Positions 17,576-25,987 of a stretch of DNA of 32,000 nucleotides are shown here, piece by piece (position 1 is the stretch's first letter; each line of letters opens with the position of its first letter). This DNA is from Dickeya dadantii NCPPB 898. GTDB lineage: Bacteria > Pseudomonadota > Gammaproteobacteria > Enterobacterales > Enterobacteriaceae. The stretch spans positions 1,555,315 through 1,587,314 of the forward strand of contig NZ_CM001976.1 in NCBI RefSeq assembly GCF_000406145.1, given 5' to 3'. The notes beneath the pieces are model-generated. The model had not been told where the DNA came from and ran no database searches. It worked only from the letters and a program-made list of their open reading frames with translations. Position numbers and translations under genes: made by a program.

Positions 17576-18583
17576 ATGAAACTCGTGGCGATTGAAGAGC
17601 ATGTTCTGCCGGGCGACATCAAGCACGCCTGGACGACGATAACCGGTGCGGATGATGGGACTCTGGCCCTCAATCCCGCGGTCATCGATGAACGCCTCGC
17701 CGACCTTGGCGAGCAGCGGCTGGCATTGATGGACGAGACGGGCGTCGACGTACAGGTCTTGTCGCTAACCACGCCGGGCCTGAACAATCTCGGGGAGCAC
17801 GGCGTCGATCTGGCCCAACGCGCCAATGACCTGCTGGCGGGCGCTGTTCGCGCCAACCCGAGCCGTTTCCAGTTTCTTGCCGCGCTGCCTTTTGCCAATG
17901 CCGAAACGGCGGCGAGCGAATTACGCCGCGCTGTCACCGCACTGGGCGCCAGAGGCGCCATTTTGTACGGCCGGGTGGGGGATAAGCATCTGGACGATGA
18001 ACTGTTCGAACCGACGTTTGCCTGCGCGGCCGAACTCAACGTCCCTGTACTGATCCATCCGCAGATTCCGCAACCGTCGGTGCAACAGGCCTATTACAGC
18101 GGGTTTTCCCCGCCGGTCGACCTGGCTTTTGCTACCTTTGGCCTGGGCTGGCATTACGAAGCCGGCATCGAGTTTGTCCGGATGGTATTGGCCGGGGTGT
18201 TTGATCGCCATCCCAACCTTCAGGTCATTTTGGGGCACTGGGGGGAAGTGGTCATCTTCTATCTGGAGCGCCTGACCATGCTGGATCGGGTGTCTAAACT
18301 GCAGAAGCCATTGCTCGACTATGTTCGTAACAACCTCTATCTGACCGCCAGCGGTATGTTCAGTGCAAACTACCTGCAGCGCGCGATCGATGCCGTGGGG
18401 CCAGATCGCATTCTGTTTTCGACCGATTATCCCTACCAGTATCGGCCGGGAGGCGATGCGAGACGTTTCCTGAACGAACTGGCGCTGGAGCCGGCGAGCA
18501 AAGCCGGGCTTGCTCATCAAAACTGGGAGCGGCTTTGCGCCCGGCGGGGTGGTGGGAATGAACCAGCGGATCTGGTGCGTTAA
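17576..18583 (+). CDS. Amidohydrolase-2 family protein (ACMSD/LigW-type metal-dependent hydrolase or decarboxylase)
   Basis: 335 aa. It begins MKLVAIEEH (metal-binding E-E-H start) and contains ...VLIHP...GHWGE...LFSTDYPY (terminal Asp motif), which is typical of PF04909-type enzymes. Confidence 0.75.
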   Translation: MKLVAIEEHVLPGDIKHAWTTITGADDGTLALNPAVIDERLADLGEQRLALMDETGVDVQVLSLTTPGLNNLGEHGVDLAQRANDLLAGAVRANPSRFQFLAALPFANAETAASELRRAVTALGARGAILYGRVGDKHLDDELFEPTFACAAELNVPVLIHPQIPQPSVQQAYYSGFSPPVDLAFATFGLGWHYEAGIEFVRMVLAGVFDRHPNLQVILGHWGEVVIFYLERLTMLDRVSKLQKPLLDYVRNNLYLTASGMFSANYLQRAIDAVGPDRILFSTDYPYQYRPGGDARRFLNELALEPASKAGLAHQNWERLCARRGGGNEPADLVR

Positions 18584-18723
18584 TAATGACGTCCGAAACA
18601 ATATGGAATCCATCATGGCGGTCCCGATCCTGATGCCCGTACGCCGGGCCGCCCGTAATCCAATCGGTAATCCGCATAAGCCGATTGAGATGCGGGCCAG
18701 ACATACGGGTTAATCCGCGTGGA

Positions 18724-19800
18724 CTACGCTCTGGACTGCGCCGTAGCGGCCAGCGCTTGCCTCAGCGCCGCCCTATCCACCGCGAACGGCAGCCGGGCGG
18801 CGACGTCGGCTGGGATTGTCACCTGCGCGGCAATGTCGTCCCACTGGGATTCGGCGGTCAGGCCCAGCGTTTGCGGGGTTAACGGGCTGTCGTAGCGGCG
18901 CAATTGTGCCAGCAGCTCTTGATTGTCGAACCCGTGGCGCGCTTCCAGTTGCGCCTGCACGGCCAGACCCAACCCGACTTTTTCGCCGTGCAACCAGCGT
19001 TTGGATTCCGGTTGGTGGGTCAGACTGTTATGAATGGCGTGTGCAACGCCCAGTCGCGCGCGTTCATCCTTGACGCTGTTGGCGATTCCGGCCAGCGCAA
19101 TCACCGCGTCGATCACCCGGCGTAGCGCCGGCGTTACCCGTTGCTGCTGGTTATCCGCCAGCGCCTGCTCGCCGTGTGCATCAAACATGTCGACCGCCAG
19201 CCGGGCGATACGGGCTTTGATGTGCAACGACAGAGCATCGTCGCCGTGCCGCAGGTAAGGCAGAAATTCGTACCATTTGGCGAGCGCGTCGACAATACCG
19301 GCTTTCAGATAGCGTACCGGCGCGCGGGCAATCACCGTACTATCGACCAGCACCCACGCCGGCAGACGGTTCAGACTGAGCCGGCCCAGATGCGCGCCGT
19401 CACGGGTATAGAGCACGCTGATGGGCGACCAGGCGGCGCAGGTGGCGGCGACGGTCGGCACGGCGATCATCGGCAACGCGTCGGACTGGTCGGCCACTGC
19501 TTTGGCGGTATCCAACACTTTTCCGCCGCCGACGCCGAGAATCAGTTCGGCGCGTTCGATGTGCGCCTGTTCACGCAGCGCCGCGATGCTCTCTTCGGTG
19601 CAATAGCCTTCCAGAAACAGCGTCCGGTAATACAAACCATGCTGCCTGAGGCTGGCCTCCAGCGTGGCGGCGGTGTGCAGCCAGGCGGTCGGGCTGGTGA
19701 TGATCAACACCCGTTTCGCCAGCGGCTGGATATAATCGCCCACTTGGGCGAGCAGGCCGTCCTGATTAAGGTAGGTGTCCGGGACCTGTATGGCGATCAT
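18724..19800 (-). CDS. Iron-containing (group III) alcohol dehydrogenase family, YbdH/HcxA-like hydroxycarboxylate dehydrogenase
   Basis: 358 aa. GVGGGKVLDTAKAVA, AVPTVAATCAAWSPISVLY, DALAKWYE and AHAIHNSLT...LHGEKVGLG parallel recalled E. coli YbdH blocks. It is the last gene of the minus-strand ABC operon. Confidence 0.75.
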   Translation of the reverse strand: MIAIQVPDTYLNQDGLLAQVGDYIQPLAKRVLIITSPTAWLHTAATLEASLRQHGLYYRTLFLEGYCTEESIAALREQAHIERAELILGVGGGKVLDTAKAVADQSDALPMIAVPTVAATCAAWSPISVLYTRDGAHLGRLSLNRLPAWVLVDSTVIARAPVRYLKAGIVDALAKWYEFLPYLRHGDDALSLHIKARIARLAVDMFDAHGEQALADNQQQRVTPALRRVIDAVIALAGIANSVKDERARLGVAHAIHNSLTHQPESKRWLHGEKVGLGLAVQAQLEARHGFDNQELLAQLRRYDSPLTPQTLGLTAESQWDDIAAQVTIPADVAARLPFAVDRAALRQALAATAQSRA

Positions 19801-19833
19801 GCTCTGTTCTCCTGTCGATTTTTTCTGCGCAGC

Positions 19834-20700
19834 CTAGCGCTGCATACCCCATTTTCGGACGGTCAGGCGTTCCAGCGTGGCGAAAATCAGCCCTTCCACC
19901 AATAACCCGATCAGGATCACCGAAGCCAGACCGGCGAACACGCGGTCGGTATACAGCTCATTGCGGTTCTGAAAAATGTACCACCCCAGTCCGCCTTTGC
20001 CACTGGAAGCGCCAAACACCAGTTCAGCGGCGATCAAGGTACGCCAGGCGAAAGCCCAGCCGATTTTCAGACCAGAAATAATGGCGGGCAGCGCCGCCGG
20101 GATCAGAATGCGGGCGACATAGCGCCAGCCGGTCAGGCCGTAATTGCGCCCGGCCATGCGCAGGGTGTCGGAAACGCCGAGAAAGCCGCTGTAGGCGTTG
20201 AGCGCCATCGGCCACATTACCGAATGCACCAGCACGAAAACCAGGCTTTTTTCACCGAGTCCAAACCACAGCAGCGCCAGCGGCAGCAGGGCGATGGCGG
20301 GCAGCGGGTTAAGCATCGCGGTGAGCAGCGCCAGCAGGTCGCGCCCCAGTTGCACCGACACCGCCAGCGTACTGAGCAACAGCGCCAGCACGCTGCCGAT
20401 GACGTATCCTTTGAGCAGCGTACCGAGGGACACGGCTGTTTTCTGCGGCAGTTCGCCGCTCAGCCAATCCTGCTGGAATGCCTGTAGCGTCTGGAGAAAG
20501 CCGGGCAGCATCAGGTCGTTGTTCTGCCAGCGGGCGGCGGCTTCCCACAACACCAGCAGCAACAGCACCAGTATCAACCGCCGCAGCACGGTATGCTGCG
20601 CCAGCCGGGTCAGCCACGGTAGCGGCGCTTCCAGCGTCTCGGGCGGCAGCGGCGTCAGTTCACGCTGATACTCGGGTCTGACCGGGGGCAACGTATTCAT
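19834..20700 (-). CDS. ABC transporter permease, NitT/TauT (SsuC/TauC-like) family
   Basis: I place the start at the internal ATG (20700, GAGG 6 nt upstream): MNTLPPV.... The protein is a multi-pass hydrophobic protein with the EAA-like loop LRMAGRNYGLTGWRYVARILIPAALP. It overlaps the ATPase 3' end by 41 nt. Confidence 0.8.
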   Translation of the reverse strand: MNTLPPVRPEYQRELTPLPPETLEAPLPWLTRLAQHTVLRRLILVLLLLVLWEAAARWQNNDLMLPGFLQTLQAFQQDWLSGELPQKTAVSLGTLLKGYVIGSVLALLLSTLAVSVQLGRDLLALLTAMLNPLPAIALLPLALLWFGLGEKSLVFVLVHSVMWPMALNAYSGFLGVSDTLRMAGRNYGLTGWRYVARILIPAALPAIISGLKIGWAFAWRTLIAAELVFGASSGKGGLGWYIFQNRNELYTDRVFAGLASVILIGLLVEGLIFATLERLTVRKWGMQR

Positions 20701-21517
20701 GAGGAACCTCGTGTGAAGCCAACGCGCCGCGAGGGGCCGGCGTCGGCGGGAATAACAGATCGTGGATGCGCTGCGCGGTGTGCTGGAACGCCTCGCCGCC
20801 GGCATCGTTCAGCGAAAACTGATGGCTGTTGATTTCCGCCCGTACCCGGCCGGGATGGGGCGATAACAGCAGGATCCGGCTGCCGACCACCAGCGCTTCC
20901 TCAATCGAGTGGGTGACGAACAGCAACGTGAAGCGCACCTCTTCCCACAGTGTGAGCAACTCTTCCTGCATCTTGCGGCGGGTGAGGGCGTCCAGCGCGG
21001 CGAAGGGCTCGTCCATTAGCAGGATTTTCGGCTGCATCGCCAGCGCGCGGGCGATGGCCACCCGCTGTTTCATACCGCCGGACAGCGTGTGCGGGTAGGC
21101 ATCGGCGAATTTTGCCAGCCCGACCTTATCGAGAAAATGCAGCGCCCGTTCACGCGCTTCGGATAGTGGCAGCGTGCCGCTGGCGACCAGCGGGAACAGT
21201 GTGTTTTCCAGCACGGTTTTCCACGGCGGCAACTGGTCGAACTCCTGAAACACCATCATACGGTCCGGTCCGGGGCGGGTAACCGGTTGGTTTTCCAACC
21301 GGATACTGCCGCCGGCCGGCGACAGAAATCCGCCGATCGCTTTCAGCAGGCTGGACTTGCCGCAGCCGGACGGCCCCAGCAAAACGAAGCGTTCCGCCGG
21401 GAACACGTCAAAGCTGACGTCATGGGTCGCCTGTATCTGCGCGCGATGGGTGCGGTAACGCAGGTCAACGCCATTGACCTGCAACAGCGGATGCAATGGA
21501 TGAGCGGACATCGCCAT
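20660..21517 (-). CDS. ABC transporter ATP-binding protein, NitT/TauT (SsuB/TauB-like) family
   Basis: Walker A GPSGCGKSS, Q-loop, signature LSGGMKQRVAIARAL, Walker B ILLMDEPF and the H-loop VTHS are all present. Confidence 0.9.
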   Translation of the reverse strand: MAMSAHPLHPLLQVNGVDLRYRTHRAQIQATHDVSFDVFPAERFVLLGPSGCGKSSLLKAIGGFLSPAGGSIRLENQPVTRPGPDRMMVFQEFDQLPPWKTVLENTLFPLVASGTLPLSEARERALHFLDKVGLAKFADAYPHTLSGGMKQRVAIARALAMQPKILLMDEPFAALDALTRRKMQEELLTLWEEVRFTLLFVTHSIEEALVVGSRILLLSPHPGRVRAEINSHQFSLNDAGGEAFQHTAQRIHDLLFPPTPAPRGALASHEVPHEYVAPGQTRVSA

Positions 21518-21533
21518 CTCCTGTAGCCGGATA

Positions 21534-22679
21534 TTAACTGCCCGGCTGATCGTGGATTTCAGTGAAGAAGTAGTCTTTCCATGATGCCGCCTTGTTTTTC
21601 AGTACGCCGAGCTGGTGCAGTTTTTCGGCGTATACCGAGGTTCGCTGCGGCACGATGGTGAAGTTCACCTCCGGGTCTTCGACGATGCGTTTGACCAGCG
21701 GCAGCGGCAGGCGCGAATTTTCCACCCGGATATAGATTTCCGCGGCGGCGGCCTTGTTGGCGTTGATAATGTCGGACGCTTCCTTCAGCGCGTCGTAAAA
21801 GGCGCGGTAGGTTTTCGGGTTTTCATCGTGGAATTTCTGCGTGGTGTAGAGCACGTTGAAGGTGCCCGGACCGCCCAGCACGTCATAGGAACTCAGGATT
21901 TTGTGCACGTTCGGGTGCTCCAGCGCCTGATACTGGAACGGCGGGCTGGAGAAATGGGTGGTGATTTCCGAGCCGCCGGCGATCAGCGCGGCGTTGGCGT
22001 CCGGGTGCGGCAGGCTGACGGTGATGGTATCGAAGCGTTTGTAGTCGCTATTTCCAAACAGTTTGGCGGTTTCAATTTGCAGCGTGCGTGACTGGAAACC
22101 GACGCCGGCGGCCGGGGTGGCGATACGGTCGCGGTCGCTCAGGTCGCGCAGGGTTTTCACCGCCGGGTTATTGCTCAGCAGGTAATTCGGCATGGAGCCC
22201 AGCGAGGCGATGGCGCGCACATTTTGTTTGCCCAGCGTGCGGTCCCACAGGGTCAGCATCGGCGGTACGCCGGCGGAGGCGACATCCAGCGCGCCGGACA
22301 ACAATGCTTCGTTGATGACGGTGGCGCCGGACAGCGTGCGCCAGTCGACCTTGATCTCCAGCCCTTGTTGCTTGCCATGCTTTTCAATCAGCTGCTGGTC
22401 ACGCACCACGTCCAGAATCAGGTAGCCGATGCCAAACTGCTGGGCGATGCTGATGCTACCTTCCGCCTGTGCTGCCAGCGGCGAGGCGCCCAGAGCGAGT
22501 ACCAGCGCGAGCAGCCAGCCGCGTGTGACATGGCTGGAGGCGGTATTCTGCCCAGACGTGCTTTCAGTCCGGTTTATTTTGGCGAATTGGTTTTTTTTCA
22601 CGAACTGATTTGTTTTTACACATAGATCTGTTTTCACGAATCGATTGGTTTTCAAAAATTGCGTTTCCACTGGCGCCAT
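21534..22679 (-). CDS. ABC transporter periplasmic substrate-binding protein, NMT1/SsuA/TauA-like
   Basis: The signal-peptide-like segment is WLLALVLALGASPLAAQA|EG. The mature part is typical of NitT/TauT-family binding proteins. The start is uncertain: the only in-frame starts are ATG 22679, GTG 22637 and GTG 22601, all inside or upstream of an 18-bp repeat array. Confidence 0.75.
   Translation of the reverse strand: MAPVETQFLKTNRFVKTDLCVKTNQFVKKNQFAKINRTESTSGQNTASSHVTRGWLLALVLALGASPLAAQAEGSISIAQQFGIGYLILDVVRDQQLIEKHGKQQGLEIKVDWRTLSGATVINEALLSGALDVASAGVPPMLTLWDRTLGKQNVRAIASLGSMPNYLLSNNPAVKTLRDLSDRDRIATPAAGVGFQSRTLQIETAKLFGNSDYKRFDTITVSLPHPDANAALIAGGSEITTHFSSPPFQYQALEHPNVHKILSSYDVLGGPGTFNVLYTTQKFHDENPKTYRAFYDALKEASDIINANKAAAAEIYIRVENSRLPLPLVKRIVEDPEVNFTIVPQRTSVYAEKLHQLGVLKNKAASWKDYFFTEIHDQPGS
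22571..22660. repeat. Degenerate tandem repeat, 18-bp unit x5, at the 5' end of the binding-protein gene
   Basis: Plus-strand units are GGTTTATTTTGGCGAATT / GGTTTTTTTTCACGAACT / GATTTGTTTTTACACATA / GATCTGTTTTCACGAATC / GATTGGTTTTCAAAAATT. On the coding strand they encode FLKTNR FVKTDL CVKTNQ FVKKNQ FAKINR. Confidence 0.8.
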
Positions 22680-22956
22680 CGGTATAGTCTCGCAGTCGGT
22701 TAATTATTTAATTAATAAAAATCGGCAATCATGTTTCATTTCGAAAGGGATAACTTTCGCATGCTATTTTTATAATCCCTGACGGCAAAGCTTATTTGGG
22801 AATAAGTTATTTTAATTCTATTTATAGTTATTCCTGATAAGCAGAGTGGATATTCTGTTAAGCAATATTGTTGCTATCGTTTCCCGTATTATTCACTTAC
22901 CCCGATTTCCGCGAGGATTATAGTAAACCCCTTTCTGATTTACGGGGACCCGGAGT

Positions 22957-23979
22957 ATGCCTGTCTTTGCTCATGATTATTTACGTCGCTATCTGCGCGA
23001 ACGCCTGACCGACGCGGAGGTGAATGCGGAGGTTGCCGGGATAGTGGCGGATAATCTGGTGGAATCCAGCTTAAAAGGGCACGATTCCCACGGCGTCAGC
23101 ATGCTGCCGCGTTACATCGCCGCCATTCGCGAAGGCGGGTTGTCACCGCACGCGCGGGCGGAACAGACCCTGGACGCCGGGCCGATGCTGGCGTTTTCCG
23201 GGCAGCATGGCTTTGGTCAGGTGGTGGCCCGGCAGGCGATCGCGCAGGGCATTGAGCGCGCGAAACAGCAGGGCGTGGCGGTGATCAGCCTGTCGGATGC
23301 ACACCATCTCGGGCGCATCGGCGCCTGGGCGGAGCAGGCGGCCGAGGCCGGGCTGGTGTCGCTGCATTTCGCCAACGTCTATACCCGCCCGATCGTCATG
23401 CCCTGGCAGGGGCAGCAACCGCGTTTTGGCACCAATCCGTTCTGCGCCGGCGTTCCGGTGGCGGGCGGCTCGCCGGTGATTCTCGATTTCGCTACCAGCG
23501 TGATTGCCGGCAACAAGGCGCGCATTGCCTGGAACGAAGGGCGACAGCTGCCGCCGGGGCAGATTGTCGACAGTCAGGGCCAGCCTGCGGTGGAGCCGCG
23601 CTGGCTAATGGAAGAGCCATTCGGCGCGTTGCTGGCGTTCGGTCAACATAAAGGTTCCGGGCTGGCGCTGGTGTGCTCGCTGCTTGGCGCGGCGCTGACC
23701 GGCGGGTCGACCGAGCGCACCGCCACCGGTCAGGGTAAGCAGATCATCAACAGCATGCTGTCGATACTGATCGACCCGGAGCGGCTGGGCGGCGCGGCCA
23801 GCTATCAGCAGGAAATTCCCGCCTTGCTGGACTGGGTGCGCCAGTCGCGCCCCGATGGCGGATTGCTGCTGCCCGGCGACCCGGAACAGCAGGCGTATCA
23901 GCAACGGCTGGCAAACGGTATTTTCGTCGACGACACCAGCTGGCGGCAATTAACCGAACTGGAGCGGCAAGTGGCCTGA
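22957..23979 (+). CDS. Ldh_2-family (malate/L-lactate/sulfolactate dehydrogenase type) oxidoreductase, YbiC/HcxB-like
   Basis: 340 aa. GHDSHGVSMLPRY, AHHLGRIGAWAEQAAEAGLVSLHF, RFGTNPFCAGVP, DFATSVIAGNK and FGQHKGSGLAL parallel recalled E. coli YbiC blocks. Confidence 0.8.
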   Translation: MPVFAHDYLRRYLRERLTDAEVNAEVAGIVADNLVESSLKGHDSHGVSMLPRYIAAIREGGLSPHARAEQTLDAGPMLAFSGQHGFGQVVARQAIAQGIERAKQQGVAVISLSDAHHLGRIGAWAEQAAEAGLVSLHFANVYTRPIVMPWQGQQPRFGTNPFCAGVPVAGGSPVILDFATSVIAGNKARIAWNEGRQLPPGQIVDSQGQPAVEPRWLMEEPFGALLAFGQHKGSGLALVCSLLGAALTGGSTERTATGQGKQIINSMLSILIDPERLGGAASYQQEIPALLDWVRQSRPDGGLLLPGDPEQQAYQQRLANGIFVDDTSWRQLTELERQVA

Positions 23980-24050
23980 ACCGGTTGTCAGTCAGTACGC
24001 CACGGTTATTTTTATTACCCTGATTAACTGCGCGACGTCTTATTTCATGG

Positions 24051-24072
24051 CGTGTTCTGCAACACGTTTTTA
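24051..24072 (+). terminator. Weak rho-independent terminator candidate after the Ldh_2 gene
   Basis: A 6-bp stem, CGTGTT (24051-24056) paired with AACACG (24061-24066), is followed by TTTTTATT. The stem is short, so this is tentative. Confidence 0.35.
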
Positions 24073-24158
24073 TTACTTCGTCCGTTGATTAGCGTGGGCG
24101 AAATAAGATGAAAAAAACGACGGCTAAAACACATTGATTATTCCCCGAGGAGAAAAAT

Positions 24159-25172
24159 ATGCATCTCGCCCGTTTTCCCCGCTTATCGCTGGGCCATTTC
24201 CCTACGCCGCTGGAACCGCTGCCGCGTTTATCGGCTTATCTCGGCGGCCCGACGATTTATATCAAACGTGACGACGCCACCGGGCTGGCGACCGGCGGAA
24301 ATAAAACCCGCAAGCTCGAATTTCTGCTGGCGGAAGCCTTGCAGCAGGAGGCCGATGTCATCATCACCCAGGGCGCTACCCAGTCCAACCATGTACGGCA
24401 AACCATTGCCGCCGCGGCGAAACTGGGGTTAAAAACCCAGGTACTGCTGGAAAAACGGGTTGAAGATTACGGCGTGGATTACCAGCGTTCCGGCAACGTG
24501 TTGCTGGACAAACTGCTGGGCGGCGACATTGTTGACCACCTGCCGGCCGGCACCGATATGCAGCAGGCGATGGAGGTGTTGGCCGCCACGTTACGCGAGC
24601 AGGGACACCGCCCCTATGTGATCCCCGGCGGTGGCTCCAGCCCGACCGGCGCGCTGGGATACGTCGCCTGTGCTGAAGAGTTGCTGTATCAGTCCAGCCA
24701 GCAGCGGCTGCGCATCGACCATATCGTACACGCCACCGGTAGCACCGGCACTCAGGCCGGGCTGGTTGCCGGGTTGACCGCCAGCAACAGCGGTATTCCG
24801 GTGCTGGGCATCAGCGTGCGTGCGCCGAAAGCGAAGCAGGAAGAAAACGTCTGGCAACTGGCGCAGCGCACCTGGCAGAAGCTGGGGCTGGTGGGCGAGG
24901 TGCCGCGCGAGGCTATCCAGGTTAACAGTGACTATGTCGGGCAAGGATACGGCATTCCCACCGCCGGGACGCTGGAGGCCCTGACGCTGGCGGCGCAGCT
25001 GGAAGGCATTTTGCTGGACCCGGTCTATTCCGGCAAGGCGCTGGCCGGGTTGATCGATCTGGCGCGCAAGGGGCGGTTCGGCAAGGATGAAAACGTGCTG
25101 TTTATTCATACCGGCGGGTCGGCCGGGCTGTTTGGTTACCGCCAACTGTTCGAACAGCAGGAAGGCTGGTGA
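24159..25172 (+). CDS. PLP-dependent fold-type II lyase of the D-cysteine desulfhydrase / ACC deaminase / cysteate sulfo-lyase family
   Basis: 337 aa. [12 protein letters not shown]...IYIKRDD...[12 protein letters not shown] (PLP lysine), [32 protein letters not shown] and LFIHTGG parallel recalled E. coli DcyD. Substrate cannot be assigned from sequence alone. Confidence 0.8.
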   Translation: MHLARFPRLSLGHFPTPLEPLPRLSAYLGGPTIYIKRDDATGLATGGNKTRKLEFLLAEALQQEADVIITQGATQSNHVRQTIAAAAKLGLKTQVLLEKRVEDYGVDYQRSGNVLLDKLLGGDIVDHLPAGTDMQQAMEVLAATLREQGHRPYVIPGGGSSPTGALGYVACAEELLYQSSQQRLRIDHIVHATGSTGTQAGLVAGLTASNSGIPVLGISVRAPKAKQEENVWQLAQRTWQKLGLVGEVPREAIQVNSDYVGQGYGIPTAGTLEALTLAAQLEGILLDPVYSGKALAGLIDLARKGRFGKDENVLFIHTGGSAGLFGYRQLFEQQEGW

Positions 25173-25900
25173 TGCCGTCGCCGGCGCGTTTTCTGGTCGG
25201 GGTGCTGGGCGGCATGGGGCCGCTCGCCACCGTCGACCTGTTACAGAAGATCATCGCCGCCACGCCCGCCGAGCGCGACCAGCAACATGTACCGGTCGCG
25301 GTGTGGAATGTGCCGCAGATTCCGGATCGTCAGCGGGCGCTGGCCGGGATTGGCGCATCGCCGTTGCCGGCGTTGCTGGATGGCGTTGAGCGCCTCAACC
25401 GGCTGGATATCAGTCATCTGATTATTCCCTGCAATACCGCGCATCACTGGTTTGATGAACTGCAAGCGGCCAGCCGCGCGCCGGTGCTGCATATCGCCGA
25501 TGTCACGCTGGCACAGGCGCAGGCCGCGCTGGCTGACACGTCATCGCCCCGGGTAGGGCTAATCGCCACCCATGGCACGCTGGCGGCGGGCTGGTATCAA
25601 CGGCGGCTGGCGGCGTTGGATATCGAGACGGTGCTGCCCGATGAACAGGAGATGGATAACCTGTTTGTGCCGGGCTGTTACGCCGTCAAGCGCGGCGACG
25701 TGGCGGCGGGCGGCGCGCTGTTCGGGCAACTGGCGGAACGGCTGGCTGCACGCGGCGCCACCCACCTGATTCTGGCCTGTACTGAAGTGGCTCCCGGACT
25801 GGCGGCAACGCAGTCACGCTGGCTGGCGCGCAGTATCGACAGTACTGAGGCGCTGGCCCGGCACTGCGTCGCGCTGTGGCGGGAACAGGCGGGCGGGTAA
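25169..25900 (+). CDS. Aspartate/glutamate/hydantoin racemase-family amino-acid racemase (YgeA / aspartate-racemase-like)
   Basis: 243 aa. [11 protein letters not shown] and the two catalytic-Cys motifs [10 protein letters not shown] and LILACTEV are present. The start (GTG 25169 or ATG 25172) overlaps the lyase stop codon at 25170-25172. Confidence 0.8.
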   Translation: MMPSPARFLVGVLGGMGPLATVDLLQKIIAATPAERDQQHVPVAVWNVPQIPDRQRALAGIGASPLPALLDGVERLNRLDISHLIIPCNTAHHWFDELQAASRAPVLHIADVTLAQAQAALADTSSPRVGLIATHGTLAAGWYQRRLAALDIETVLPDEQEMDNLFVPGCYAVKRGDVAAGGALFGQLAERLAARGATHLILACTEVAPGLAATQSRWLARSIDSTEALARHCVALWREQAGG

Positions 25901-25905
25901 CGAAA

Positions 25906-25969
25906 AACCGCCCGACGGCTGGGACCGAACGGGCGGTTGGGGGGAGAACATGTGCTGCGCCGACGTGCT
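25906..25969. terminator. Two GC-rich hairpins between convergent racemase and dcuB (bidirectional terminator region)
   Basis: Hairpin 1 pairs AACCGCCCG (25906-25914) with CGGGCGGTT (25930-25938). On the minus strand it is followed by a T-run, giving ...GGCGGTTTTT. Hairpin 2 pairs GCTGCGCCG (25944-25952) with CGGCGCAGC (25961-25969). Confidence 0.55.
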
Positions 25970-25987
25970 GCGGCGCAGCGTGATAAC

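Noticed and set aside
19141-19905. A 254-aa plus-strand ORF.
   Set aside because: It lies antisense to the Fe-ADH gene. Its composition is R/G/Q-rich shadow-frame.
24108-24137. A 9-codon mini-ORF (MKKTTAKTH) just upstream of the lyase gene, considered as a possible leader peptide.
   Set aside because: It has no regulatory-codon enrichment (no Cys or Met run), no adjacent attenuator hairpin and no convincing RBS.
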